A stretch of 64,000 nt of DNA, taken from contig CAWJGO010000005.1 in assembly GCA_963842515.1 (NCBI GenBank), positions 641,125-705,124 of the forward strand. Reading direction: 5' to 3'. Below are positions 17,344 to 25,941 of this stretch, in pieces. The notes under the pieces are model-generated. The model made no database searches and had not been told where the DNA came from. It saw nothing but the letters and a program-made list of their open reading frames with translations. Each line of letters opens with the position of its first letter. Position 1 is the stretch's first letter. This DNA comes from an uncultured Pseudomonadota bacterium (GTDB lineage: Bacteria > Pseudomonadota > Gammaproteobacteria > Steroidobacterales > Steroidobacteraceae). Made by a program: the position numbers and the translations under genes.

Positions 17344-18482
17344 GCGGCGGCAGGCACGGAGGCGCGCAGCAGGGTGCCGCCGTTTTCGTTCGGCGTGAGC
17401 GACAACGTGCCGCCGACGCTGCCCAGCCTTTCGCGCATGCCGGTCAGGCCGTTTCCCGGCACGATGCGTCCGCCGCGTCCGTCGTCGGCCACTTCGACCA
17501 CGACTGCCGTCGGCTCTTTCTTCACGCGGATGGTGACGCCCGATGCGCCCGAGTGACGGCGGATGTTGGTGGCCGCTTCGCGCAGGCTGAGCGCCAGCGC
17601 TGTCTCGCTATCGTGCGGCAGCTTGACGTGTTCGGTTTCGCACCTGACCGTGAGACCTTGTGCTTCGAGCAGCGCGGTGGCCGCCAGCAACTCCGCCGAT
17701 AGGGCGGTCGTACGAATTCCCGAGACGGCTTTACGCACCTGCGACAGCGCGTCGCGCGCCACGCGTTCCACTTCGCTGATCTCGCGGCGCGCCCCGTCCA
17801 GGTCGCGATCGATGAGTTTTCGCGCGAGCTCGGACTTCAGCGCCACCACCGAAAGTGTATGACCCAACAAGTCGTGCAGGTCGCGGCCGATGCGCTCGCG
17901 TTCGGCAAGCGTCGCGAGGCGCATGATTTCTTCGGTGCTGCGCCGAAGATGGGCCTGCTGCTGCGTAGTGTAGGCGGTGTAGACGGCGGATATGCCGAGC
18001 AGCACCGCGGGCAGGCCGCCGTACAGCATGGTTTCAAGACTGTGGCCGAGCAGCGCCATCTCGGCGATGTAGGCGACGATCACCCCGATGATCACTCTGG
18101 TGGCGTTGCGAGTGGACAGGTTGAAGGAGGCGCTGAAGAAACCGAAGATGAGGTAACCGAGGCAGCTCAGATTGAACGGCACCATCGCGAAGCCGAGCAC
18201 GAAAATGGCGGCGATGTAACGCAGCCGCACAGTGCTTGGCCCACCGTAGAAATACGTGCACAGGTGCAGGTACAGAAACACGGGCAGGCTGATCAGCGTC
18301 GGCAGGATGACCGACATGAACGGCATTCGCGCGAGTACCGGATACAGGAAGAGCCAGCCGAGGTTGAACAGGATCACGAACGGCATGCTGCGCATGACGC
18401 GTCCGTGGGCGCCGGACATGTAGCCGACCATCGAGTCCGGAGGTGGATTCCGGATGCTCTGCAGGAGTTGTTTGAGGCGCAT
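17340..18482 (-). CDS. Sensor histidine kinase, HisKA_3 (DesK/LiaS-like), polytopic N-terminus
   Basis: About 5 TM segments are present, with no large periplasmic loop. H-box is ERERIGRDLHDLLGHTLS. A HATPase_c C-terminus is present. It overlaps the RR gene by 4 nt. Confidence 0.9.
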   Translation of the reverse strand: MRLKQLLQSIRNPPPDSMVGYMSGAHGRVMRSMPFVILFNLGWLFLYPVLARMPFMSVILPTLISLPVFLYLHLCTYFYGGPSTVRLRYIAAIFVLGFAMVPFNLSCLGYLIFGFFSASFNLSTRNATRVIIGVIVAYIAEMALLGHSLETMLYGGLPAVLLGISAVYTAYTTQQQAHLRRSTEEIMRLATLAERERIGRDLHDLLGHTLSVVALKSELARKLIDRDLDGARREISEVERVARDALSQVRKAVSGIRTTALSAELLAATALLEAQGLTVRCETEHVKLPHDSETALALSLREAATNIRRHSGASGVTIRVKKEPTAVVVEVADDGRGGRIVPGNGLTGMRERLGSVGGTLSLTPNENGGTLLRASVPAAA

Positions 18483-18504
18483 GACTTACCGTCCCGGCTC
18501 GATC

Positions 18505-19974
18505 TTACTCCAGCCGCACGTCGTCGATCTCGAAGCGGAATGGGCCAACCGGGCCCATGGTGCCCACACCGATGGCGCGCGTGCGGCTCAAGTCGACATT
18601 GACGAATTCCGCGAGCTTCACGGTGACTGTGCGCCACTCGGGTCCGGTCTCGAAATCATTCATGACCGGTATGCCACCGGCGGACGCGCCTTCGAACAGC
18701 ATGACGGTGTAGCGCCGGCCATCGCCGCGCGCCTGGAAACTCAGCGTCTTCTTGCGCGAGTAGTCCATGAGGCCCTCCATGGGTGGGCCTTGCGGAAAGA
18801 ACATCGTGCCGGCAAATGGATACGGAATGGCTTCGCCGATGGTGCCCGACACTTCCAGCGCGCCCTTGCTGCCGCCCGCACCTTCGCCAACCGGCCGTTG
18901 GGTGGCGGTCGAATTGCCACCGCGCATGTCATCGCCGGCGGCCGTAAATCCTATGCCGTAGGCCGTGGCTGCGGAGCCGTTCTCGAAGTCGGCAATCACC
19001 GCGAGGTCCGGGGCGGCCACCCCGGCCGGCAGTTTGGAAGCGGGCGTGCCGGTGGCGGCGGAGAATTCGTCCGTTGCAGCGGCCGCATCCTCCGCCGCAG
19101 CCTGCTTGCCACCGAACACGCCCGAAATGGCCACACCCAGCACGACCGCGGTGAGGCCGGCCGCCATGGCCAGCGTCCGTTTTGGTCGGGCGCCTAACAA
19201 TCGAAACCCGCCGCCCTGCATGCGGCGCACCGCGAGCAGGAAGAACAGCAGCGTCGTGCCCGCGAGCACGGCGATGTGGACCGAAAGCGTCCCTTGGCTG
19301 GGCGCACCTACGGTGTCGAGCGCCATCTGCGCCAGGTGGTAGGAGGGCCAGATCGGCGCAAAGTCGATCAGGACCTTGGGCATGAACTGCATGGGCACCC
19401 ACAAGCCCGAAAGAAAGGCCATGGGCAGGAAGATCAGGTTCACGATGGCCGGTGAAGCCGCGCCAGACACCAGTGCGCCGAGAAGCATGCCGATGGAGCA
19501 GAACGGCAGTGCGCCGAGAACATCGATGGCGAACAGTCGGACGCCTTGCGAGAACGTCAGCGACACATCGCCGACCAGCACTGCCAGCAGCGTGAGCAGG
19601 AGCGAGATGATGGCGACGAACAGCATGGCCATGGCGGCGCGCGCCAGTAGATAGGCGCCGGGCGGTTGCGGCAGTGCCTGCTTGAGCGTGAGCAAACCCT
19701 GTTCGCGCTCGAGGGCGAGCGCCACACCGAAGCCGAACAGGCCCGGTCCCATGGCCCCGAAGACGCCATAGGTGGCGAACAGGTACAGCGCCTGGCCACT
19801 GTTGCCGCGCATGCTCCCGAAGAAGATCCCGAACATCAGATAGAACAGGATCGGAAAGAACAGCGTCGGCACCGCGAACGCGGGTGTGCGCAGCGATTTG
19901 ATGAACTCGAAGCGCATCTCACCGAAGTAGGCGGCCCACAGGCGTGCGCCCGACATGCTGACAGCGGAGCTCAT
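18505..19974 (-). CDS. ABC-2 type permease fused to an extra TM segment and a C-terminal CIA30-like (carbohydrate-binding-like) domain
   Basis: Residues 1 to ~260 form a 6-TM ABC-2 permease. A 7th TM (TLAMAAGLTAVVLGVAISGVFGG) follows. The domain then shows DDMRGGNSTA, GALEVSGTI...YPFAG, SFQARGDGRRYTVML and WRTVTVKLAEF, which resemble CIA30. Confidence 0.85.
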   Translation of the reverse strand: MSSAVSMSGARLWAAYFGEMRFEFIKSLRTPAFAVPTLFFPILFYLMFGIFFGSMRGNSGQALYLFATYGVFGAMGPGLFGFGVALALEREQGLLTLKQALPQPPGAYLLARAAMAMLFVAIISLLLTLLAVLVGDVSLTFSQGVRLFAIDVLGALPFCSIGMLLGALVSGAASPAIVNLIFLPMAFLSGLWVPMQFMPKVLIDFAPIWPSYHLAQMALDTVGAPSQGTLSVHIAVLAGTTLLFFLLAVRRMQGGGFRLLGARPKRTLAMAAGLTAVVLGVAISGVFGGKQAAAEDAAAATDEFSAATGTPASKLPAGVAAPDLAVIADFENGSAATAYGIGFTAAGDDMRGGNSTATQRPVGEGAGGSKGALEVSGTIGEAIPYPFAGTMFFPQGPPMEGLMDYSRKKTLSFQARGDGRRYTVMLFEGASAGGIPVMNDFETGPEWRTVTVKLAEFVNVDLSRTRAIGVGTMGPVGPFRFEIDDVRLE

Positions 19975-20870
19975 GCGGCCTCCTTGTTTTCGTTGGTGAG
20001 TTCGGTGAACGCCTCGGCGAGGCCGGCACGCTTGACCTCGATGTCGGACAGCTGCGGGTCTTCGCGCAGCAGGCGTACCAGCAAGACTTCGGCATTGCGG
20101 GTGCTGATCTGCATGCGGCCGCGCTCCATCTCGATCTGCTCGACCTCAGGCCAGGCGCGCACCGTGTCGGGTGCGAGCCGGCTCACGCAGCTCACCTGCT
20201 TGCGGGTCACATGTGCCCGGATTTCGTTGACGCTGCCGGTGGTGATCAACTTGCCTCGCGCCATCACGGCCACGCGGTCGGCGAGTGCCTCGGCCTCTTC
20301 GAGGTAGTGCGTGGTGAGCACGATGGAGCAGCCTTCGTGCAGCAGCTCACGCACCACTTTCCAGAGAGCTTCGCGCGCCTGGACATCGAGGCCGACGCTG
20401 GGCTCATCGAGAAACAGCAATTCCGGACGGCCGCAGATCGCCAGCGCGAACTGGACCTGCCGCTTCTGGCCGCCGGAAAGTTTGCCGTAGGGCCGTTTGG
20501 CCAGACCCTGGAGCGACAGGCGAGCGAGCACGGCATCGATGTCATAAGGCACGGGGTAATAACTGGCGACCTGTTCGAGCAGTTCGCGCGGACGCATCAC
20601 GCCCGGCAGCGCCACTTCCTGCATCATCACGCCGATGCGGCGGCGCGCGTCGATTTCCTGCGGCGCGACGCCGAAGAGCTCCGCACGGCCTGCATCCGGC
20701 GTCTGCAGTCCTAACAACATCGCGATGGCCGTGGACTTGCCGGCGCCGTTGGGGCCGAGCACCGCGAGCAGCTCGCCGCGTTCCACCGCGAGATCGAACC
20801 CGTCGAGTGCCGTGACCTTGCCGAAGCGCTTGCGAACGCCGGCGAGGCTGGCCAGGGTGGTTTGCGACAT
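19971..20870 (-). CDS. ABC transporter ATP-binding protein
   Basis: Walker A GPNGAGKST, signature LSGGQKRQV, Walker B LLFLDEP. It overlaps the permease gene by 4 nt. Confidence 0.95.
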   Translation of the reverse strand: MSQTTLASLAGVRKRFGKVTALDGFDLAVERGELLAVLGPNGAGKSTAIAMLLGLQTPDAGRAELFGVAPQEIDARRRIGVMMQEVALPGVMRPRELLEQVASYYPVPYDIDAVLARLSLQGLAKRPYGKLSGGQKRQVQFALAICGRPELLFLDEPSVGLDVQAREALWKVVRELLHEGCSIVLTTHYLEEAEALADRVAVMARGKLITTGSVNEIRAHVTRKQVSCVSRLAPDTVRAWPEVEQIEMERGRMQISTRNAEVLLVRLLREDPQLSDIEVKRAGLAEAFTELTNENKEAA

Positions 20871-20976
20871 GTCTTCCTCCAGTGGCAGCCATCATGTCGC
20901 GGGCGCAAGCGGATTCTCAGTCGCCGATGTCAGCCGGCCCTGCTGACAACTGTCATGTATGCGGGCGCAGGCGGCG

Positions 20977-22032
20977 TCAGGCCTGCGGATCCGGGCGAAA
21001 AACCGGAGTTTCCAGGCGCATGGATTGCGCGAGGCCTTCACGCCCCGTGCCTTCGGCATATTCGGCCAGTGCGCGCAGGTCGAGAGCGGAGTCCATGGTG
21101 AAGTTTGGTGCGCGCGTGCGCACCAGTTCGAATACCGACAACGCCGAGTCCGGTCTGCCGAAGCGCATGAGATGCCGGATCAGCGTGCTGCCGATGGGAT
21201 TCAGCGCGGCCGGGGTTTCCCAACGCAGTGCCTGCTCGGCGACGTGGTAGGCGTCCTTGCTCACGTGTTCGGGTTCGGTATCGCGCAGCCATTGGGCGAG
21301 CGGCGCGGTCGCCTCGACATGTTTGCCGATCCTCACCAGCTGAAAAATGTCGTCGATCATCCGCGCGCGCAACTTCAGGCGCTCTGCCTCGGCGCGCGCA
21401 GCCGCGCGCTCCGGACTGCGGCTGGGCTCGAACCCCAGGTGTTTGCGCCGCAGGAACAGGCTGGCACCGACCAGGCTGAAAAATGCGACCGCGCACCACA
21501 GGAGGATCGCAGTCTCCAGCAATGCCCAGAGATTCACGCGCGCGAGCAGCATGAACACTCCCGCGCAGGCGAGTAACGCGATGAGCAGCAACACGTAGTA
21601 CGGCCCGAGACCACGCACCACCTGGAACCAGGTCACGGGATTTATGGCCTTCCACGCAGACTCGCCGATACCGAGGATGGCCACCGTAGCCGGCAGCAGC
21701 GTGAGCATCACGCCGGCGAGCACGATTCCGCCTGTGCCGCCGACGCGATGACAAAGCCATCCACCGGCCAACAGCAGGGTTGCCTGGACCCACGGGCGAA
21801 TCTCCAGCGGACTCAACATATCCGTGTCCATGACCGGCGGTTCGGTCGCGCCGTCGGCGAGATGCTCGACCAGGACGTAGCAGTACTTGAATACCCAGAC
21901 CTGGAGGAACCAGGCCGCGAACCAGCCGAAAAACCCCGCCGAAAGACAAAACGCGAGCAGCACCGAGAAGATGCCGACCATGATCAGGTTGGTCGGATGG
22001 AACGGAACCAGCAGAACGCGCAAGTGGTCCAT
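20977..22032 (-). CDS. Hypothetical polytopic membrane protein with a helical cytoplasmic C-terminal domain
   Basis: Start chosen at MDHLRVLLVPFHPTNLIMVGIFSVLLAF (ATG 22032). The upstream extension to 22110 would overlap the divergent GMC gene. About 6 TM segments precede a ~130-aa soluble tail. I recognise no family. Confidence 0.65.
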   Translation of the reverse strand: MDHLRVLLVPFHPTNLIMVGIFSVLLAFCLSAGFFGWFAAWFLQVWVFKYCYVLVEHLADGATEPPVMDTDMLSPLEIRPWVQATLLLAGGWLCHRVGGTGGIVLAGVMLTLLPATVAILGIGESAWKAINPVTWFQVVRGLGPYYVLLLIALLACAGVFMLLARVNLWALLETAILLWCAVAFFSLVGASLFLRRKHLGFEPSRSPERAAARAEAERLKLRARMIDDIFQLVRIGKHVEATAPLAQWLRDTEPEHVSKDAYHVAEQALRWETPAALNPIGSTLIRHLMRFGRPDSALSVFELVRTRAPNFTMDSALDLRALAEYAEGTGREGLAQSMRLETPVFRPDPQA

Positions 22033-22085
22033 AATGCGGCGCCGCAGTTGGCGCCATGTTCTTTTTCGGGGGATTGAAGTAAAGC

Positions 22086-23771
22086 ATGGAAACGAATTCG
22101 TTCGATGCAATTGTCGTCGGCTCGGGCATGAGTGGCGGCTGGGCCGCCAAAGAGCTCACGGAAAAGGGTCTCAAGACCCTGGTGCTCGAACGCGGGCGCA
22201 TGGTCAGGCATGGCGAATACCCCACCGCCACCACCGATCCGTGGGACCTGCCTTACGGCAACCGCATCACGCAGGAGACCCGCAGGCGCAAGCCCGTACA
22301 GAGCCGCACCGGCTACCCCTCACCGGCCAACACACACTGGTTCGTCGACGACCTCGACAACCCCTACGTCGAAACCAAACCCTTCGACTGGTTGCGCGGC
22401 TATCACGTCGGCGGCCGCTCGCTCATGTGGGCGCGCCAGAGCTATCGACTCAGTCCCATGGATTTCCAGGCGAATGCCAAAGAAGGGGTGGGCGTCGCCT
22501 GGCCCGTGAGCTACGAAGAGATCGCGCCCTGGTATGACAAGGCGGAAACCTTCGCTGGCATCAGCGGCAGTGCCGAGGGCCTCCCGCAATTGCCGGACGG
22601 AAAATTCCTGCCGCCGTTCGATCTCAACTGCGTTGAGGTCGATTTCAAGAAGCGCATCGACGAAAAACTGGGCCGCAAGCTCATCATCGGCCGCGTTGCC
22701 AATCTCACCGCGCCGCTCACTCACAACGAGAGCCCGCAGCGCGGCACCTGCCAGGCGCGCAACCTGTGCATCCGCGGCTGTCCTTACGGCGGCTACTTCA
22801 GCAGCGTGTCGGCGACGCTGCCCTCGGCCGAACGTACGGGCAACATGACGCTGCTGCCCAACCAGATCGTGTACGAGATCATCCATGACAACGACAAGGG
22901 CCGCGCCACGGGTGTGCGCGTGCTCGATGCCGCGACGGGCAAGCAGACCGACTACTTCGCCAAGATCGTGTTCCTGTGCGCCTCGGCGCTGGGGTCGGCA
23001 TACCTCATGTTGAACTCGACCTCGAGCCGGTTTCCGAACGGATTCGGCAACGACTCCGGCGAGCTCGGGCACAACATCATGGACCACAACAAGCCGGGCG
23101 GCTCCACCGCCAGCGTCGAAGGGTTTCTCGACGTCGCCTACACGGGACGCCGGCCCAATGGCTTCTACATTCCGCGCTATCGCAATGTCGGCAAGGACAA
23201 GCGCGACTATCTACGCGGCTTCGGTTACCAGGGACGTGCCGCGCGCAGCAACTACAGTCGCTTCAACGACACGCCACTCATCGGCGCCGACCTCAAGAAA
23301 GCGGCGCAGGAACCCGGCTCGTGGACCATGGGCATGACCGCTTTCGGCGAAATCCTGCCGTACCACGAGAATCGGATGACGGTCGACCGCACGCGCAAGG
23401 ACAAGCACGGTCTGCCGCTGCTCGTGGTCGACGCCGTCGTGCGCGACAATGAGTTCAAGATGCAGGAAGACATGCGCAACGACGCCGCCGAAATGCTCGA
23501 GGCCGCCGGTTACAAGAACGTCAAGGTCAACAGCGACAACTACAACGTCGGCAACAGCATTCACGAAATGGGCACGGCGCGCATGGGCAAGGATCCGAAG
23601 ACGTCGGTGCTCAACAAGTTCAACCAGGTGCACGCCTGCAAGAACGTGTTCGTCACCGATGGCTCGTTCATGCCCTCCTCGGGTTGTCAGAACCCCTCGC
23701 TCACCTACATGGCATTCACAGCGCGCGCCGCTGATCATGCCGTCAGCGAGCTCAAGAAGGGCAACCTATGA
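22086..23771 (+). CDS. GMC family FAD oxidoreductase (large subunit of a gluconate-2-dehydrogenase-like enzyme)
   Basis: FDAIVVGSGMSGGWAAKELTEKGLKTLVLERG (FAD fold). It has no signal peptide of its own. The stop overlaps the next ATG (ATGA). Confidence 0.9.
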   Translation: METNSFDAIVVGSGMSGGWAAKELTEKGLKTLVLERGRMVRHGEYPTATTDPWDLPYGNRITQETRRRKPVQSRTGYPSPANTHWFVDDLDNPYVETKPFDWLRGYHVGGRSLMWARQSYRLSPMDFQANAKEGVGVAWPVSYEEIAPWYDKAETFAGISGSAEGLPQLPDGKFLPPFDLNCVEVDFKKRIDEKLGRKLIIGRVANLTAPLTHNESPQRGTCQARNLCIRGCPYGGYFSSVSATLPSAERTGNMTLLPNQIVYEIIHDNDKGRATGVRVLDAATGKQTDYFAKIVFLCASALGSAYLMLNSTSSRFPNGFGNDSGELGHNIMDHNKPGGSTASVEGFLDVAYTGRRPNGFYIPRYRNVGKDKRDYLRGFGYQGRAARSNYSRFNDTPLIGADLKKAAQEPGSWTMGMTAFGEILPYHENRMTVDRTRKDKHGLPLLVVDAVVRDNEFKMQEDMRNDAAEMLEAAGYKNVKVNSDNYNVGNSIHEMGTARMGKDPKTSVLNKFNQVHACKNVFVTDGSFMPSSGCQNPSLTYMAFTARAADHAVSELKKGNL

Positions 23772-24370
23772 ATGACGCCGGTGAAAGCGAAGCAATGCTG
23801 CAACGTCGCGCGTTGCTCAAGCGCGTTGCCTGGATGTTAGGCGGTGCAATATCCGCGCCGGCTGCGCTCGCCATCCTTCAGGGATGCTCCGCCCGGGAGG
23901 CCGCCCCGGGCGCCGCCTGGACGCCGAAGTTTCTGAAAGGCCCGCAGCCGGATCTCATCACGGCCATTGCCGACGTCATCATTCCCAAGACCGATACCAG
24001 CGGCGCGCTCGATGCCGGTGTGCCGGCCTTCATCGATTCCCTCATGGCCGACGTCTATCCACAGGATGCCCAGGAACGCTTCAGCGCGGGTATCGATGAA
24101 TTCGCAACCGCAGCCGCGGCGGGCGGCAAGGGGTTCCTCGATCAGGATCAGGCGCAGCGCGCCACGTTCGTGCAGCGCACGATCGACGCAGCGCTCTCCG
24201 GGGAGCACGAGCACAAACCGTTCATCCTCGTAGCACGCGAGCTCACCCTCGTAGGGTTCTTCACCTCGAAGCTGGGTATCACGGAAAATATGGAGTACGT
24301 TCCCGTTCCGACGGCGTACCACGGGTGCGTGCCGCTGTCGCAGATGAAGAAACACGTCTATTGGGAATGA
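23768..24370 (+). CDS. Gluconate 2-dehydrogenase subunit 3 family protein (Tat-signal small subunit)
   Basis: Twin-arginine motif LQRRALLKRVAWMLGGAISAPAALAILQGC. Its size and its position after the GMC gene are typical of this family. Confidence 0.85.
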   Translation: MNDAGESEAMLQRRALLKRVAWMLGGAISAPAALAILQGCSAREAAPGAAWTPKFLKGPQPDLITAIADVIIPKTDTSGALDAGVPAFIDSLMADVYPQDAQERFSAGIDEFATAAAAGGKGFLDQDQAQRATFVQRTIDAALSGEHEHKPFILVARELTLVGFFTSKLGITENMEYVPVPTAYHGCVPLSQMKKHVYWE

Positions 24371-24427
24371 TCGTGTAGTTATCTGGCGAAAATTATTTGC
24401 AGGGACGCGGGCAACAGGGGGACTCGC

Positions 24428-24997
24428 ATGAAATTCTGGACTTATCTTCGATCTTTCGGGCTGGCAGGGTTCGCGTTGGGATCGGTGGCAATCGCCGAGG
24501 AAGACATCGCGAGCAAGATGATCAACAAGGAAACCAACGGCGCCTGGCACTTCCAGCCGGAAAAGCCAAAGGCGAAACACATCAAGGCCGAAGTGCCCGG
24601 TGAGTACGCCTTCCGCGTCAAGGCCAGCAAGGGCGTCAACCCCTGGGACGTGCAGGCCAGCTCGCCGGTGGCGGGCGCCATCAACGAAGGCGATGTGATC
24701 ATGCTCAACTATTTCGCGCGCGCCGAAGAGCCCGCCGAAGGTGGCAGCTCGCTCACCGCGCGCATCCAGCTGGCGGGCGCGCCCTATACCTCGGTTCTCG
24801 ACATGACCTCGAAGATCTCCGGAGAGTGGAAGAGCTACTGCGCATTCCGTGTGGCCAGCGCCAGCATCGCGGAGAAAAAGAGCAACGTGTCGATTCACCT
24901 CGCCACCGCCAAGCAGGTCATCGATCTAGGGCCGGTGCTGGTATTCAATTTCGGCAAGGGCTACGACACCGCCAAGCTCAAGTTCTGCGATGGCTGA
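24428..24997 (+). CDS. Secreted hypothetical protein, possible carbohydrate-binding beta-sandwich
   Basis: Signal peptide MKFWTYLRSFGLAGFALGSVAIA. The sequence is beta-rich (YAFRVKASKGVNPWDVQASSPVAGAINEGDVIMLNYFARA...). The family assignment is tentative. Confidence 0.55.
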   Translation: MKFWTYLRSFGLAGFALGSVAIAEEDIASKMINKETNGAWHFQPEKPKAKHIKAEVPGEYAFRVKASKGVNPWDVQASSPVAGAINEGDVIMLNYFARAEEPAEGGSSLTARIQLAGAPYTSVLDMTSKISGEWKSYCAFRVASASIAEKKSNVSIHLATAKQVIDLGPVLVFNFGKGYDTAKLKFCDG

Positions 24998-25763
24998 AAA
25001 GACCAGGACCATCCCCAAGGCGGTACGCGAGCTCTGTCTCGCCTTCCCTGAGACCGAGGAATTCGAATCACACGGCTCGCCTAACTTCCGCGCCCGCAAA
25101 GGCAGGGTCTTCGCCGTGTTCGCGCTCAACCATCATGGTGACGGTCATGTGGCGCTGTGGCTCCACACGCCGGCGACGGAACAGTCGCGCCTCATCGAGT
25201 CCGCGCCGAAGCACATCTTCAAGCCGCAGTATGTGGGGCCCTCGGGCTGGATCGGGGTCGAGCTCAATCGCGGGTTCTCCTGGAAGCGCGTGATCGAGCT
25301 CGTGCACATGGCGTACCTGAACAGCTCGCCGGCCAAGCTCGTCGCGAGCCTGCCCAGGCCGCCGGCCATAGCGGCGCCGACGGTGAAAATGACGGCGGAG
25401 GAAATCGACCGGCTGAAGTCTCCGAAAGCACTCAAGCTCATGGAACGCCTGCGCGCGATTTGTCTCGCGTTGCCGGAAACCGACGAAGGGCCTTCCTTCG
25501 GTTCACCGGTGTGGCGCGTGGGCAAACGCAGCTTTGCCATGCTGTACGACTATGGGAAAGGCCTCACCATCTCGTTCTGGGTGGGCATCGAGCGTCAGGG
25601 TCCGCTCGAAATGGACCCGCGATTCAGCATTCCCGCGTACATGGGCCACAACGGGTGGATCGCGCTGCACGCCTCGAAGGGCGTAAACGAGCGCGAGTTG
25701 CGCGAATTCGTCACCGAGAGTTATCGCCACTTCGCCACGCGACGTGCGCTCGCGAAACTTTGA
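24990..25763 (+). CDS. Tandem-duplicated MmcQ/YjbR family protein
   Basis: There are two YjbR-like halves: ...LCLAFPETEEFESHGSPNFRARKGRVFAVF... and ...ICLALPETDEGPSFGSPVWRVGKRSFAMLY.... It overlaps the previous gene by 8 nt. Confidence 0.8.
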   Translation: MAEKTRTIPKAVRELCLAFPETEEFESHGSPNFRARKGRVFAVFALNHHGDGHVALWLHTPATEQSRLIESAPKHIFKPQYVGPSGWIGVELNRGFSWKRVIELVHMAYLNSSPAKLVASLPRPPAIAAPTVKMTAEEIDRLKSPKALKLMERLRAICLALPETDEGPSFGSPVWRVGKRSFAMLYDYGKGLTISFWVGIERQGPLEMDPRFSIPAYMGHNGWIALHASKGVNERELREFVTESYRHFATRRALAKL

Positions 25764-25941
25764 GTCAAAGCGATCTGTTGCTTTGTGCCACTGCGGTGAT
25801 GACCTCTCGCGTTGTCACTCAATGGCGTCATTTGCAAGATTCCTCCTACGGGATATGGTGAGCGCGCTCAGCGCAACGGAAGGAACGCGCGAATAAGCGT
25901 TCCCAGAGCGCATTACTTCTCCAAGGATAGGGGAAATCATC

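Noticed and set aside
21038-22234. 398-aa minus-strand ORF overlapping the membrane-protein gene and the GMC gene start
   Set aside because: It is an alternative frame of 20977-22032. It is extremely Arg/Pro/Gly-rich and overlaps the start of a strongly supported divergent gene. The same reasoning applies to 963-2036(+), 14280-15434(+), 34687-35427(-), 43572-44462(-), 59129-60130(+), 61710-63098(+) and similar long shadow ORFs.
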